Of a stretch of 64,000 nt of DNA, positions 29,717 to 39,507 are shown piece after piece. The DNA comes from an uncultured archaeon. Its GTDB lineage: Bacteria; Armatimonadota; Fimbriimonadia; Fimbriimonadales; Fimbriimonadaceae. The stretch's first letter is position 1. The number at the start of each line of letters is the position of its first letter. A program made the position numbers and the translations under genes. The DNA is taken from assembly GCA_963829965.1 (NCBI GenBank), contig CAWHLK010000035.1, positions 54,887 through 118,886 on the forward strand, written 5' to 3'. The notes beneath the pieces are model-generated. The model ran no database searches, was not told the origin of the DNA, and worked only from the letters and a program-made list of their open reading frames with translations.

Positions 29717-31960
29717 CTATAGGCTTGCATGATGGATTGAGCGGATCTTCTCCTCAAGAAGCTCCGCTCCTATCCAGATCGTGTGGTCGCCGGATTTGAG
29801 ATGAACGTCAAGCTCCGCCGGCTCAAGTTCAAAAACGCGAGGGTCCTGCTCGCCGGACACCGATAGGTGCAGCAAGTTCTCCTCAGCAGAAAACCGGACA
29901 ATTCCTTCTAGTGGCGCCTTGAACTTTTTCAGGATGCGGCCGCCATACGACATGTCCGTCGTTGTTACGGTCAAGTTTCCCTCAGAAAGTACAACATAGT
30001 GCTTTGGTTCGTCCTCCGGCGGAGGAGGGCCAATGTGTTCTTCTTCCTGCAGCTCCTTGGCCGATCCGCTCCACAAAACGGTCGGGTTCTTGAAGTCGAA
30101 AACGATCTCTCCATCCAAATAGGCTTCAGCGATGACTTGGTCGAGCTTCTCGAGGAAGGCATGCTCTTCGCCGGTCGGTGGCAGGCCCTGCGCGAGCCGG
30201 TGCCAATCCTGCATGACGAGTTTTCGTTCCGAATATCGGCTTAACCGAACGCTGGGGCTATGCACCAGCCTGAAGAAATCGCCATCCTCGTCGAACTCGG
30301 TATCGCACTGGGGGCAAAGCAAGCCTCGATTTCCGCTTGTTTTTCCCGCGCCGAGCCAAGGGATGTTCTCAAGCGGAATCGCCTGGTCGGCATAGCGCGC
30401 GGCAAACCGGAACGGGTCGATTCTAAAGGACAGCAGCGTCATCGTGTTGCCGTCTTCCCAAAAGTCCGCATCGCAGCCTTCGCAGTACACGTTGCCCGCG
30501 TCCGGCTTGAGTCCCACCGCGACGCGCGCCCACTCGTCCGGGTAGTACTCCAAAACGGGCGTGCCTTTCGCATCGACCTGTGCCCAGCGCCCACCTGGAA
30601 CAACGTCGTATTGCATACTGCATTCGTCGCAGACCCAAGCCTCCATCGAGCGACCGCAAACTGCCCGCCACTGGTCCCAGGGCCGGAGTTCAGCCTCCGG
30701 CTGGTCCTCATAACGCGCTCCATTCTCGTCTCCAATTAAGCCGGCGTCGCATTCGGGGCACACCGCGACAAGTGATTTCTTAATGAGCCCGCGCCGGTGA
30801 AAAGACAGCAGCCCGTGGTGGCAGCGTGGGCAAAACAGGAGCGGAAATTTCGTCTTGCGCAAGTGCAGAACCCCGTTTTTGCATTTGGCGCACTGGCGTT
30901 CGGAAAGCTCACGCTCCTTAAGGCTGCCTTCCCGGCAAACCGGACACATTGCTGCGCGAAGAGGTTTGATTCGCTCCATCATGCCGCTGCAGACCGGGCA
31001 GCCGTTTTTGTTGAACGTGAATTTTTGGAGCCTGAGAATGGCCGTGTCGTACGCATCGATTCCGCTCTGGGCGCGTTCCTGGGTGTCAGGAATCACAAGC
31101 ATCGCCCGAAGTTCCGCAACGGTTTGCGGTCTTTCGTGAAAGCGCAAATTCAGGCCTGCCGTTATCGCTTGCACAAAGGGATGGTCCAAATCGGGCCTGA
31201 GCCGGCTTAACGGCGCGATGGAAGTGCCATCCGCCCGTTCCGCCGCCGGTCTTGGCGGCTCGCCGGCCAGCATATGATAAACCGTGGCGCAAAGAGCATA
31301 AATATCCGTGGCGGGGCCGCGCCGCCCGCGGTCCGAAAGCTGCTCAAGAGGGGCATACCCCGGCGTGAACAAAACCGTTTGCAACGCGGCCGAATCGGCA
31401 TGCCACTCCCGGGCCGCGCCGAAATCGATCAAGTACACCCCGCCGTTGGGCGAAACTAGGATGTTAGTGGGTTTGAGGTCCCGATGCAGCACCTTCTTGG
31501 AGTGGACGGCTTCCAAGATGTCCATCAACTGGTAAAGAATGTCTTGCGCCTGCTCGGGTGACATTCGCCCCTCCTGGGCAATCACCTTGTCCAAGGTCTT
31601 TGCGCCCGGCAGCATGTCGGTGACGTAATAGGCGGTTCCGTGCTCCTCAAAGGCATCGCGCAGGTGTAGAATGCCGGGCGATTCCAACTTGCCCAGCATA
31701 TTCGCCTCGTCCATAAAGCGCTTCCGCAATCGCTGGGGGTTCGTGCTGGGCACATGGGACAGATCGAGATCGGCGTCGTTTCGCACTGCGCCCGTCGGAG
31801 CGAGTTCCTTCACCACGCAGCTGTCCTGCTGGGTCAAATCATTCGCTATATAGGCTACGCTGAACCCGCCCCTGCCCAGCACAGAGTGGATTTCAAACCG
31901 GCCGGCAAGGACCGTTCCGAGGGGCAGCGCTTGGGATGCGGACATGAGATGGCATAACAT
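29717..31960 (-). CDS. Ser/Thr protein kinase fused to C-terminal array of CxxC zinc-ribbon modules
   Basis: Hanks kinase motifs (GRGGFSVAY, VVKEL, HRDLKPTNIL, DFG, TPGYAPLE) then at least 6 CxxC...CxxC pairs (CPVCSGMM, CPVCREG, CAKCKNG, CPRCHHG, CPECDAG, CDECSMQ, CEGCDAD, CPQCDTE); start chosen at MLCHLMSAS. Confidence 0.8.
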   Translation of the reverse strand: MLCHLMSASQALPLGTVLAGRFEIHSVLGRGGFSVAYIANDLTQQDSCVVKELAPTGAVRNDADLDLSHVPSTNPQRLRKRFMDEANMLGKLESPGILHLRDAFEEHGTAYYVTDMLPGAKTLDKVIAQEGRMSPEQAQDILYQLMDILEAVHSKKVLHRDLKPTNILVSPNGGVYLIDFGAAREWHADSAALQTVLFTPGYAPLEQLSDRGRRGPATDIYALCATVYHMLAGEPPRPAAERADGTSIAPLSRLRPDLDHPFVQAITAGLNLRFHERPQTVAELRAMLVIPDTQERAQSGIDAYDTAILRLQKFTFNKNGCPVCSGMMERIKPLRAAMCPVCREGSLKERELSERQCAKCKNGVLHLRKTKFPLLFCPRCHHGLLSFHRRGLIKKSLVAVCPECDAGLIGDENGARYEDQPEAELRPWDQWRAVCGRSMEAWVCDECSMQYDVVPGGRWAQVDAKGTPVLEYYPDEWARVAVGLKPDAGNVYCEGCDADFWEDGNTMTLLSFRIDPFRFAARYADQAIPLENIPWLGAGKTSGNRGLLCPQCDTEFDEDGDFFRLVHSPSVRLSRYSERKLVMQDWHRLAQGLPPTGEEHAFLEKLDQVIAEAYLDGEIVFDFKNPTVLWSGSAKELQEEEHIGPPPPEDEPKHYVVLSEGNLTVTTTDMSYGGRILKKFKAPLEGIVRFSAEENLLHLSVSGEQDPRVFELEPAELDVHLKSGDHTIWIGAELLEEKIRSIHHASL

Positions 31961-31999
31961 ACCACGCATGCGAGGCGCGCGAATGGTATCATCCGCCCG

Positions 32000-32701
32000 A
32001 TGTACCGGAGACCAGAGCTTTACGACGCGATCTACAGTTACCGCAACTACGCGCGTGAGTCCGAGATCCTGCGCGAGTTGATTGCCAAGCACAAGAGATC
32101 TTCTGGCGACCGGCTCTTGGATATCGCTTGCGGAACGGGCCACCACCTTGAGTTCCTGAGCATGGACTTCGATTGCGTAGGGTTGGATAAAAGCCCCTAT
32201 CTGCTGAAGGCCGCCCAAAAGCGAAACCCCGAATGCCAGTTCATTGAGGGCGATATGATGTATTTCGACCTCGGCTATTGGTTCGATGCGGTGATCTGCC
32301 TCTTCAGCGCCATCGGCTACGCGAAAAATATTGAGATTCTGAAATCCACGCTCGCCCGGTTTTACACCCACACCGCACCCGGCGGAGTGGTGCTGGTGGA
32401 ACCGTGGCTATTCCCAGACCGGTTTGTGGAGGGCCACATGAGCCTGGATACCGTCGACCGGCCCCAGTACAAGGTTTCGCGAATGAGCGCAAGCCACCGC
32501 TCGGGCGATCTGTGTGTATTGACCTACCACTTTACGGTAGGCCGGGCAGGGAAGATTGAAAAGTGGGAAAGCCGTTCCGAGTTGTCGCTGTTCACGGAGG
32601 CTGACTACATGGAGTCGATGCGTCAAGCAGGGTTCAATGTAGAGTTCGACCCGGTCGGCCTCTGGAGCCGGGGATTGTTGATTGGCCGTAAACCACTCTA
32701 A
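32000..32701 (+). CDS. class I SAM-dependent methyltransferase, TylM1/DesVI-like (sugar N,N-dimethyltransferase family)
   Basis: LDIACGTGHH SAM motif; FDAVICLFSAIGY, GGVVLVEPWLFPD, SRGLLIGRKP align with recalled TylM1 sequence. Confidence 0.7.
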   Translation: MYRRPELYDAIYSYRNYARESEILRELIAKHKRSSGDRLLDIACGTGHHLEFLSMDFDCVGLDKSPYLLKAAQKRNPECQFIEGDMMYFDLGYWFDAVICLFSAIGYAKNIEILKSTLARFYTHTAPGGVVLVEPWLFPDRFVEGHMSLDTVDRPQYKVSRMSASHRSGDLCVLTYHFTVGRAGKIEKWESRSELSLFTEADYMESMRQAGFNVEFDPVGLWSRGLLIGRKPL

Positions 32702-32801
32702 TAGAATAGACAAGAGTAGCACAGCGTTGTGATTGTGAGGAGCGCTCCGCGCGACGAAGCAACGCGCAACCCCAACATTCTTCCGGGGACAAAGCAGAAA
32801 A

Positions 32802-33500
32802 TCATCTGATCCCCACCTTCGCACAGAAGGCCTTTACATCCCCGTTGGGGACAAACGAGCTGAGGTCCAGCTTGATCATTTCTTCCCGGATGCTCAGGAT
32901 GTTCGCCAACCGCGGCGTGGCAGCGTCCACCTGATCCCGAAGGAACTGAAGCTGCTTCCTGTACGCTTCCTGCTCCTTCTTTTCGATGCCGCCCACAAAA
33001 TCCGACTGGTTGGTATGCACTTCTTCATGCAGTAGAACCGAGGCTAGAAAAACACGAAACTGCATCATCGTAAGATAACTGTCCTCGTCACCGGCAAACA
33101 GAACGACGCTCAATCGGATCTTGTGCTCCTGGAACCAGAAATAGCAGTTGGAAGTGCGGCCGTAAGCATCCCGAGAGTTCTTATCAGGGCTAAAAAAGCT
33201 GGGATCGATGACGATTTCGCCCTTCGCAAGCATACGGCGAAGGTGATTGGCCTCCTTTAGGTAACCGGTCCCGTCCAAGTAGTCCAAGGCAAGCTTCACT
33301 TGGCGCGCTTGATCGGCGTTGAGGTCCAGTGAAGGAGCAAGCATGCCCGAACCCTTGGTTTCGTTGCTGACCGTTCGGGTCCAAGCCAGGAAGGCTCCGC
33401 ATAAAAGCAACAAAACAAGCGGGAACTGAGCCCACCGTGCACGCGACCGCCTTACGCCTGCTCCCTTGATTTCCTTCCTTGATCCTAAAACGGTGCTCAT
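32802..33500 (-). CDS. membrane-anchored hypothetical protein with HExxH motif (putative zincin-like)
   Basis: N-terminal TM anchor; LLHEEVHTNQ. Confidence 0.4.
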   Translation of the reverse strand: MSTVLGSRKEIKGAGVRRSRARWAQFPLVLLLLCGAFLAWTRTVSNETKGSGMLAPSLDLNADQARQVKLALDYLDGTGYLKEANHLRRMLAKGEIVIDPSFFSPDKNSRDAYGRTSNCYFWFQEHKIRLSVVLFAGDEDSYLTMMQFRVFLASVLLHEEVHTNQSDFVGGIEKKEQEAYRKQLQFLRDQVDAATPRLANILSIREEMIKLDLSSFVPNGDVKAFCAKVGIR

Positions 33501-33696
33501 CCTATCGTCTCCTTTGACAAAGGCCACGAGGGGCAGCGCCAATCGCCCTCAAGTATTATTTTATGCCCCGCCAGACTCTGTTAAAAATACACGGTTTTAC
33601 GTACGACAAAGGAGGGACGATTGATTGCATGTCGACGCATTATTGGAGTAGGGCGAAACCCTGGCAGTCGCCGCCCTAAATATTAGCTGTTTGCCT

Positions 33697-34480
33697 TTAC
33701 GACCTTCGACACGTTAAAATCGTTGCCGAAAGCCTCGCCTTCAAAGGAGTGCCAAAATTCCTTTCCAATTCCTCGGCAACCGACTCGACAAGCCCATCAG
33801 GCACCGTGTCCGTCCGTTGAAGAATTAGAGTCAGCATCGGAGTGCCCAGAATCAACCCGGTCGCCGCGTCAAGAGGCGAAACAGGATCATTGCAAAGCTC
33901 CGTCATCTTGCTTTCATCTATTGCCAAGCCGTGCTTCAAGAGCACGGACTCCAAGTCGCCGGTTCGCATCCCGAACGGAATTTCAAAAAAAGCCGGCGGG
34001 TCTACGGGAAAAAACCGGCGGGCCACCCTATTCGCCGTAGCAGCGACAGGGTTCTGATCCAAGGCGTTCCAAACGGATGTTCTTAGCATTCCCTCTGGCT
34101 GTAAAACCCGTTTGACTTCTTCAACCGCCAGAGCTAAAGGTTGAAAGAACATGAACCCAAAACCGCAGAAAATCCACTCGATCGAACCGGATCGAAACGG
34201 AAGCGCGGTCACATCAGCTCGTAATAGTGATACTCTGGGATCCAAGGTCTTACGCGCCTCGGCAAGCATAGAATTGCTAAGATCAAGGCCGAAAATGTCC
34301 GCCGCAAGAACTCTGCTTGCGATCTCCTGCAAGACGATCCCCGACCCGCAGGCAAGATCGAGCACCTGACCCTCAATCTCCGGAACTCCCCGGACTAACT
34401 CACGCGCATAGGGTCGGAAAAACAAAGGGCCAAGCAGCCGGTTGTATTTCTCAGGAATTTGTCGCACCAACTCGCCGCTA
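33697..34480 (-). CDS. class I SAM-dependent methyltransferase
   Basis: VLDLACGSGIV motif I, LRADVTALPF post-I; listed ORF start (34707) is probably upstream of the true non-ATG start. Confidence 0.65.
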
Positions 34481-34481
34481 T

Positions 34482-34964
34482 TCACTGGGCATGTGGCGAA
34501 ATAATCGCGGTCAGTAAATCCGGCTTGGTCGTGTCTCGCTCCAAGTGCGGAATCTTCAAACCGCCTGAATACTGGATCGTGTAGTTCTGGGGCAGGCCGT
34601 CGTAGTCCACTTGGATCGCAATCGGCTGCAAAATCTTGATCGCTTCGGTAATAACAGAGGAAGAAAACACCTTCCCGTTCACCGTCTTGATCACCATGCC
34701 GGGGCAAAGGCCGGCCGAATCGGCGGGACCTCCAACCGGACTATGAGTTCCCGGGATCCACTCAGGAAAATAAAGAGTTGCAGCGCCGGCGCTGATGGGA
34801 ATATCTTCCTTGACCTGAATCCTCTGCTTGGCAGCTTGCGAAGCATCAACCGTAAGTTGAAGAACCGAGCTGCCCTGAACTCCTTGAAATCTCGGCTCGG
34901 CACTTGCTAATCCAGCAGAACAGAACGCAAACCATGGGATGAAAAAGAGTGCATCTTTTGACAC
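34482..34964 (-). CDS. secreted hypothetical protein
   Basis: signal peptide FIPWFAFCSAGLASA. Confidence 0.35.
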   Translation of the reverse strand: MSKDALFFIPWFAFCSAGLASAEPRFQGVQGSSVLQLTVDASQAAKQRIQVKEDIPISAGAATLYFPEWIPGTHSPVGGPADSAGLCPGMVIKTVNGKVFSSSVITEAIKILQPIAIQVDYDGLPQNYTIQYSGGLKIPHLERDTTKPDLLTAIISPHAQ

Positions 34965-35333
34965 AGGCCGAAGTATATTGCACGGGCCAAAAGCAACGGC
35001 TTCGCAGTTGCCGATAATTTTGCCAGGCCCTCGGCAAGGGAGGGTTCCGGAGGAAACAATGTCGAATTCAATTCATGCGGCTGTGGCCGCTGCGGCTGCT
35101 CAAACCCCCAGCGAGCCGATTAGCACGCCCGGCGGCAAGGAATCGAGCAAATCTGAGCCGTTCAAGCTCGGCCCGGCAGTAACTCTCAGCCTATCCAATA
35201 CAAAGGCCCTAGGCCCAGTGCCCGCGAAGGTCAACGACGCCGCTCAAGGCGATCCCGACGGCGACGGCCACTAAATAACAAGAACTCAAAACAAAGGGCC
35301 GTCGCCGGAAGCGACGGCCTTCTTTGCTACTCC

Positions 35334-35951
35334 CTACTGCTTGACGTAACGGTAGGAATCGATTTTGAGCGTGCCGTCGTCGTCAAGGCAGAATGCCTTG
35401 TGAACGGTCCCCGGCTCAACCTCTTCGCCGTCGATGTCGGTCCAGGTAAGCGTCACCTGGTTTCCGTCAACAGCGTACTTGCCTTTTGACGTTGCTGCAG
35501 AGCCACGGAAATTAAACTTGCCATCCTTCGTAAAAACGATTTTGGTCGAGCCGTCGCCCGCCAGTTTCCAGGTTCCTTCCATGGAGCACGGGGCCTGCTT
35601 TAGATAGTGCAAACCGTCGAAATCCAGAGAGTTATTCTCGCGGAGGTCGACCACCATGCCCGAGGGCCAGTTGCCGGACTGTGTGCTTAGCTTGACGCTG
35701 TGATCGGTGACCTGATAGGCGCCGGTACAGATCCGGATCGCTCCGGCCGCGGTCGAGTTGTAAGAAAACGTGTTGTCGCCCTTGAAGACGAACTGGGCCT
35801 GCGGTTGGGACAATCCCAATTTCTTGGAGACGTTGACGACGTCTTGAGGAATCTGAGCGCGCCAGGATCCCACGAGTTCGGTGGCAGCGGGATTTCCGGA
35901 GCCGCCACTGGCCGCCAGAAAACAGATTGTGAGTTGGAGGAGAGAGGACAT
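35334..35951 (-). CDS. secreted hypothetical protein (beta-rich, lipocalin-like?)
   Basis: signal peptide MSSLLQLTICFLAASGGSG. Confidence 0.45.
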   Translation of the reverse strand: MSSLLQLTICFLAASGGSGNPAATELVGSWRAQIPQDVVNVSKKLGLSQPQAQFVFKGDNTFSYNSTAAGAIRICTGAYQVTDHSVKLSTQSGNWPSGMVVDLRENNSLDFDGLHYLKQAPCSMEGTWKLAGDGSTKIVFTKDGKFNFRGSAATSKGKYAVDGNQVTLTWTDIDGEEVEPGTVHKAFCLDDDGTLKIDSYRYVKQ

Positions 35952-36009
35952 ACCCCTGCTTTTCCAGTTCGGCAGGGGCAAGGGAACGAAGAAAATTGCC
36001 GGTTAATGG

Positions 36010-37044
36010 CTAGCCGAAAAACCGGGTTAGCGCATCGCTGAGCGCTTGGGCCGCGAAGTTTACGAGGGGAATGCTCGTCTCGTACTGCATTCGCGTGGGG
36101 CCGATGAGCGCAATCGCGCCCGCCTCGCTCTCGCCAACATAAAACGACTGCCGCACGACGCTAAACTGGCGCAGCCGCTCTTGGCGGTTTTCGCGCCCGA
36201 TCGTCACGCTACCCGGCTCGCCTGCTCCGGAGAGGACATCCAACAGCACGTCGCCTTCCTTCAGCGCCTCCAAAATTTCGGTGAGAGCGCTCGCGTCCCG
36301 CTGGAACTCGGGCTGGGCGAACAAAAACTCCTCGCCCTCAGTGGTAATCGAGCTTCGAGTAAGTTCCTTGGACACCGAACGAAGCGTGCCCCAAACTGTA
36401 TTGATGAGTTTCTCCAAAGCGGGGCTGCCGCTGGCGCCAGGCGCTTTGTTTTTGGAAAGCCATCGCAGCGACTTTCCTGCCGTGGACTGGCTGATCAACT
36501 CGTTTGCCCGGCCTAGGTCCTGCAAGGTCAGCCCCGGGGGGGCTTCGATCATCCGGTTTTCGACCTGGCCGTTGGTCAGCACCATGACAAGAAGGGCCTG
36601 ATGCGGGCCGATCGCACTGAGAATAATGCTCCTTATCGCCACGTTCGCATCTCGAATAATCGTCGCGACGGTAAGCAAGTGGGTAAGGCGGCTGAGGGCG
36701 CGGGTGGTCTCTCGAAGCATCGAATAGAGAGCCTCGCCTTCTTCCGAAGCGCCTTTCACCTTCTGGCGGGTCAGCGACTCGGGCTCGCGGGTCACGATCA
36801 GCCGGTCCACGTAATATCGGTAACCCGTGTCGCTGGGAATTCGGCCTGCGCTGGTATGCGGCTGCTCAAGGTAGCCAAGCTCTGCAAGATCGGCGAGTTC
36901 GTTTCGAACCGTCGCAGCCTTTACGCCCAACTCGTATTTTTGGGTAAGCAACTCACTCCCGATCGGTTCCGCGGTGGAGACGTACTCAAACACTACGGAT
37001 TTCAGGATCGCCTGTTTTCGGGGATCAAGATCGGCCATGCCCAT
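36010..37044 (-). CDS. hrcA: heat-inducible transcription repressor HrcA
   Basis: 344 aa; N-terminal wHTH RKQAILKSVVFEYVSTAEPIGSELL and full-length HrcA architecture. Confidence 0.9.
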   Translation of the reverse strand: MGMADLDPRKQAILKSVVFEYVSTAEPIGSELLTQKYELGVKAATVRNELADLAELGYLEQPHTSAGRIPSDTGYRYYVDRLIVTREPESLTRQKVKGASEEGEALYSMLRETTRALSRLTHLLTVATIIRDANVAIRSIILSAIGPHQALLVMVLTNGQVENRMIEAPPGLTLQDLGRANELISQSTAGKSLRWLSKNKAPGASGSPALEKLINTVWGTLRSVSKELTRSSITTEGEEFLFAQPEFQRDASALTEILEALKEGDVLLDVLSGAGEPGSVTIGRENRQERLRQFSVVRQSFYVGESEAGAIALIGPTRMQYETSIPLVNFAAQALSDALTRFFG

Positions 37045-37141
37045 CTAGTTTACGGTGTAAATCGCTGCGAGTGTAAATGCTTCACTGTAAACCGCTTCGC
37101 TGTAAGATCGGGCTTGACCACGTAGACGCCATTCTCCGCTT

Positions 37142-37375
37142 CCGGCACGCAGCGCCATGTTTACGGGAGCAGCCCACGCTTACGGCGCGAAGTGCCATGT
37201 TTACGGCCGCAGCCCACGCTTACGGCGCGAAGTGCCATGTTTACGGGCGCAGCCCACGCTTACGGCGCGAAGTGCCATGTTTACGGGCGCAGCCCACGCT
37301 TACGGCGCGAAGCGCCATGTTTACGGGCGCAGCCCACGCTTACGGCGCGAAGCGCCGTTCTTACGGGCGCAGTCC
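37142..37375. repeat. tandem array, about 5.5 copies of a 42-bp unit GCGCCATGTTTACGGGCGCAGCCCACGCTTACGGCGCGAAGT in the hrcA upstream region
   Basis: read directly; ORFs 37077..37421 are translations of the repeat. Confidence 0.9.
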
Positions 37376-38776
37376 TAACCTAATCGCCCAAGCCAATCCA
37401 CCGCCCGACTTCGCTCGATAAGCCTCGGGAATCGCAATAGAGCCGGAACCATCCATCTTCAATGGTCCATAACCCAGCATCTTGGCATCTATGACCCTCG
37501 AAGCAAGTTCCGCAGGAAGCGTCACTGAGTCAGGCAGTCCGACCGAGTCATCCTTGGCCAAAACGATCGCGTAGGCCGTGCCATCTTTCTTTCGCGTGAA
37601 GACCAGGTCGCCTTTTTCGTAGGGATTCAGGGGCCTTGTCGAGTAAATCGCCTCGCCATTCACCTTTAACCAAGCCCCAATGCCCTTGAGCCGATCATAA
37701 ACCACGGGGTCAAACTCGCCGTTGGCATCCGGCCCGATTCCCATGATGTAATTGCCTCCGCGCGCAACAATCCGGCAAAGATTGTGGATCAGGGTGCCTA
37801 CGCTCTTGAAGTCGTCGTTGGGTTTCCAGGGCCATGCCGTTCCCATAGGCATGCAGGTTTCCCAGGGGTAGGGAAGATAGTGGTCGGGTATTTCGCCTTC
37901 CGGCGTCACGTAGTTCTCATTCACGCCGCCAACTGTTCGGTCCACCACGATGAGGCCGGGCTGATGTTTCCGGGCCATGGCCGCCATGCCGTTCATGTCG
38001 ATATCCGCATCCGGAGGGCGAACCGCGCCGCCGTCCAGCCATAAAATCTCCTGAGGTCCGTATTTGGACATCAGCTCGTTGATCTGATCCCAGGTGTAGT
38101 CCTTGAACTTTTTCCACTCGGCGGGATGCTCGGCCGTGTTGTAGTTGGGGCCCTGTCCCGCGCCGGGGCCAAGTTCGGGCAGCCAGTAATAGGGCGAATG
38201 CCAGTCCGCTTTAGAGAAATAGAGGCCCGAAATCAGCCCGTGTTTGCGGAACGCGTCGCACATAACCTTCACTGTGTCGGCCCGGGGATCCGAGTGAAAC
38301 GGACAGTCCGGCGAAGTGATCTTGTAATCGGTGTACTTCGTGTCCCACATGCAAAACCCGTCATGGTGCTTCGTCATGGAGAGCACGTACTTCACGCCGG
38401 ATTCCTTGAATGCGGTTGCCCACTTGTCCGCATCGAATTTCTCGGGATCGAAGGTTGTTCTCAAGTTCTCGTAAACCTTCTCATAGGCTCGGTCATCCAG
38501 GTTGGCATACTGCTCCGGCCGCTTGTTCCAAGGGAAGTGGGTGGTGACAAGGCTCCAGGACTCGGTGATCCCCCACTCGCTGTAAATGCCCCAATGAATG
38601 AGCAGTCCCAGCTTCTGGTCCTGCCATTTTTCCAACTTGTCCATCACAGCGGGGTCGCCCGGCGGCGTCCATTCCTTGCTGGCCTGCATGGCGCCGTAAG
38701 GGCCGTCTTGTCCCGGCGTTGCCATGAACGCGAAGACCGTTCCGGAAAGAAGCATGGCGAGAGGCAGAAGAGTCAT
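37361..38776 (-). CDS. alpha-L-fucosidase, GH29
   Basis: signal peptide; GLLIHWGIYS and downstream GH29 conserved blocks. Confidence 0.8.
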   Translation of the reverse strand: MTLLPLAMLLSGTVFAFMATPGQDGPYGAMQASKEWTPPGDPAVMDKLEKWQDQKLGLLIHWGIYSEWGITESWSLVTTHFPWNKRPEQYANLDDRAYEKVYENLRTTFDPEKFDADKWATAFKESGVKYVLSMTKHHDGFCMWDTKYTDYKITSPDCPFHSDPRADTVKVMCDAFRKHGLISGLYFSKADWHSPYYWLPELGPGAGQGPNYNTAEHPAEWKKFKDYTWDQINELMSKYGPQEILWLDGGAVRPPDADIDMNGMAAMARKHQPGLIVVDRTVGGVNENYVTPEGEIPDHYLPYPWETCMPMGTAWPWKPNDDFKSVGTLIHNLCRIVARGGNYIMGIGPDANGEFDPVVYDRLKGIGAWLKVNGEAIYSTRPLNPYEKGDLVFTRKKDGTAYAIVLAKDDSVGLPDSVTLPAELASRVIDAKMLGYGPLKMDGSGSIAIPEAYRAKSGGGLAWAIRLGLRP

Positions 38777-38848
38777 GCCCGTTATTTTACTGGGACAAGG
38801 GAGGGTGTTTACCGGCTTTCGCCCATGTTTACGGTTGACAGTTCGGTC

Positions 38849-39205
38849 TCACCTAAGGTGCTTATACCAAGCCACAAACGTGACCCCAAAAGTCGAACCC
38901 AACAAAATTGCAACGCAGCCGGTTGAATAGACAAGAAAGGGTAAAGGAAAGAGCGCGAGGGATGTAAGTGCGATCGCAATGCCGGCAATAACGAATCCCT
39001 TGCCCGTCGTTTCGTTGGTCGCATACCAAAGAGAAGGATTGGAGAGTGTCTTGGGAGTCCTGAATCCGTAGGTGCCGTTGGGTTTTACCCGCCGCTTTGC
39101 TAATGGCCACCCCAAACAAGTGAAGATCACGCCAACCACAAAGAACACCACGAAGAACGCGTGCTTCGCTGAGTTCAAATCTTGAGCAGTTGTGGCCCGA
39201 TGCAT
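38849..39205 (-). CDS. SdpI/YhfL-family membrane protein
   Basis: NGTYGFRTPKTLSNPSLW matches the SdpI/YhfL signature; 3-4 TM helices. Confidence 0.55.
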   Translation of the reverse strand: MHRATTAQDLNSAKHAFFVVFFVVGVIFTCLGWPLAKRRVKPNGTYGFRTPKTLSNPSLWYATNETTGKGFVIAGIAIALTSLALFPLPFLVYSTGCVAILLGSTFGVTFVAWYKHLR

Positions 39206-39282
39206 TTCTAATTACTACTGTAACTACCCCAAATGGGATGCAAATTTTGACCAGCCCGCCCCAACCCTTCCATCTACCCGTT

Positions 39283-39320
39283 TACCGTTTACCGTTTACC
39301 GTTTACCCTCGATCCGTTCA
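39283..39320. repeat. heptamer array (CCGTTTA)x4-5
   Basis: read directly. Confidence 0.9.
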
Positions 39321-39507
39321 CCGTTCACGCCTCAATAAGTCCTCGCAAGGCAGTTAAGATGTATTAAGTAATCTTGCGATTAATAACACAACGATAATGT
39401 GATAGCCACTAAAAATGCCTGGTGTTGCGTCATGATTTGTGGAAGTGACATTCCGAGGGCGGGGATGTCGCGAATAGTGTGCGTCTGCCAGTCAAGGAGC
39501 TTCCGCT

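Noticed and set aside
37044-37140. CIRCE operator upstream of hrcA
   Set aside because: Looked for TTAGCACTC-N9-GAGTGCTAA; only a loose AGTG-N10-CACT and a TTTAC-N3-GTAAA palindrome are present, so not called as CIRCE.
37142-37375. Possible CRISPR array
   Set aside because: The repeats are directly abutted with no unique spacers, the unit is 42 bp with internal half-site structure, and no cas genes are nearby.
37077-37421. Three overlapping small ORFs encoding repeated TLTARSAMFTGAAHAYGAK peptides
   Set aside because: They are simply the three-frame translations of the 42-bp tandem DNA repeat.
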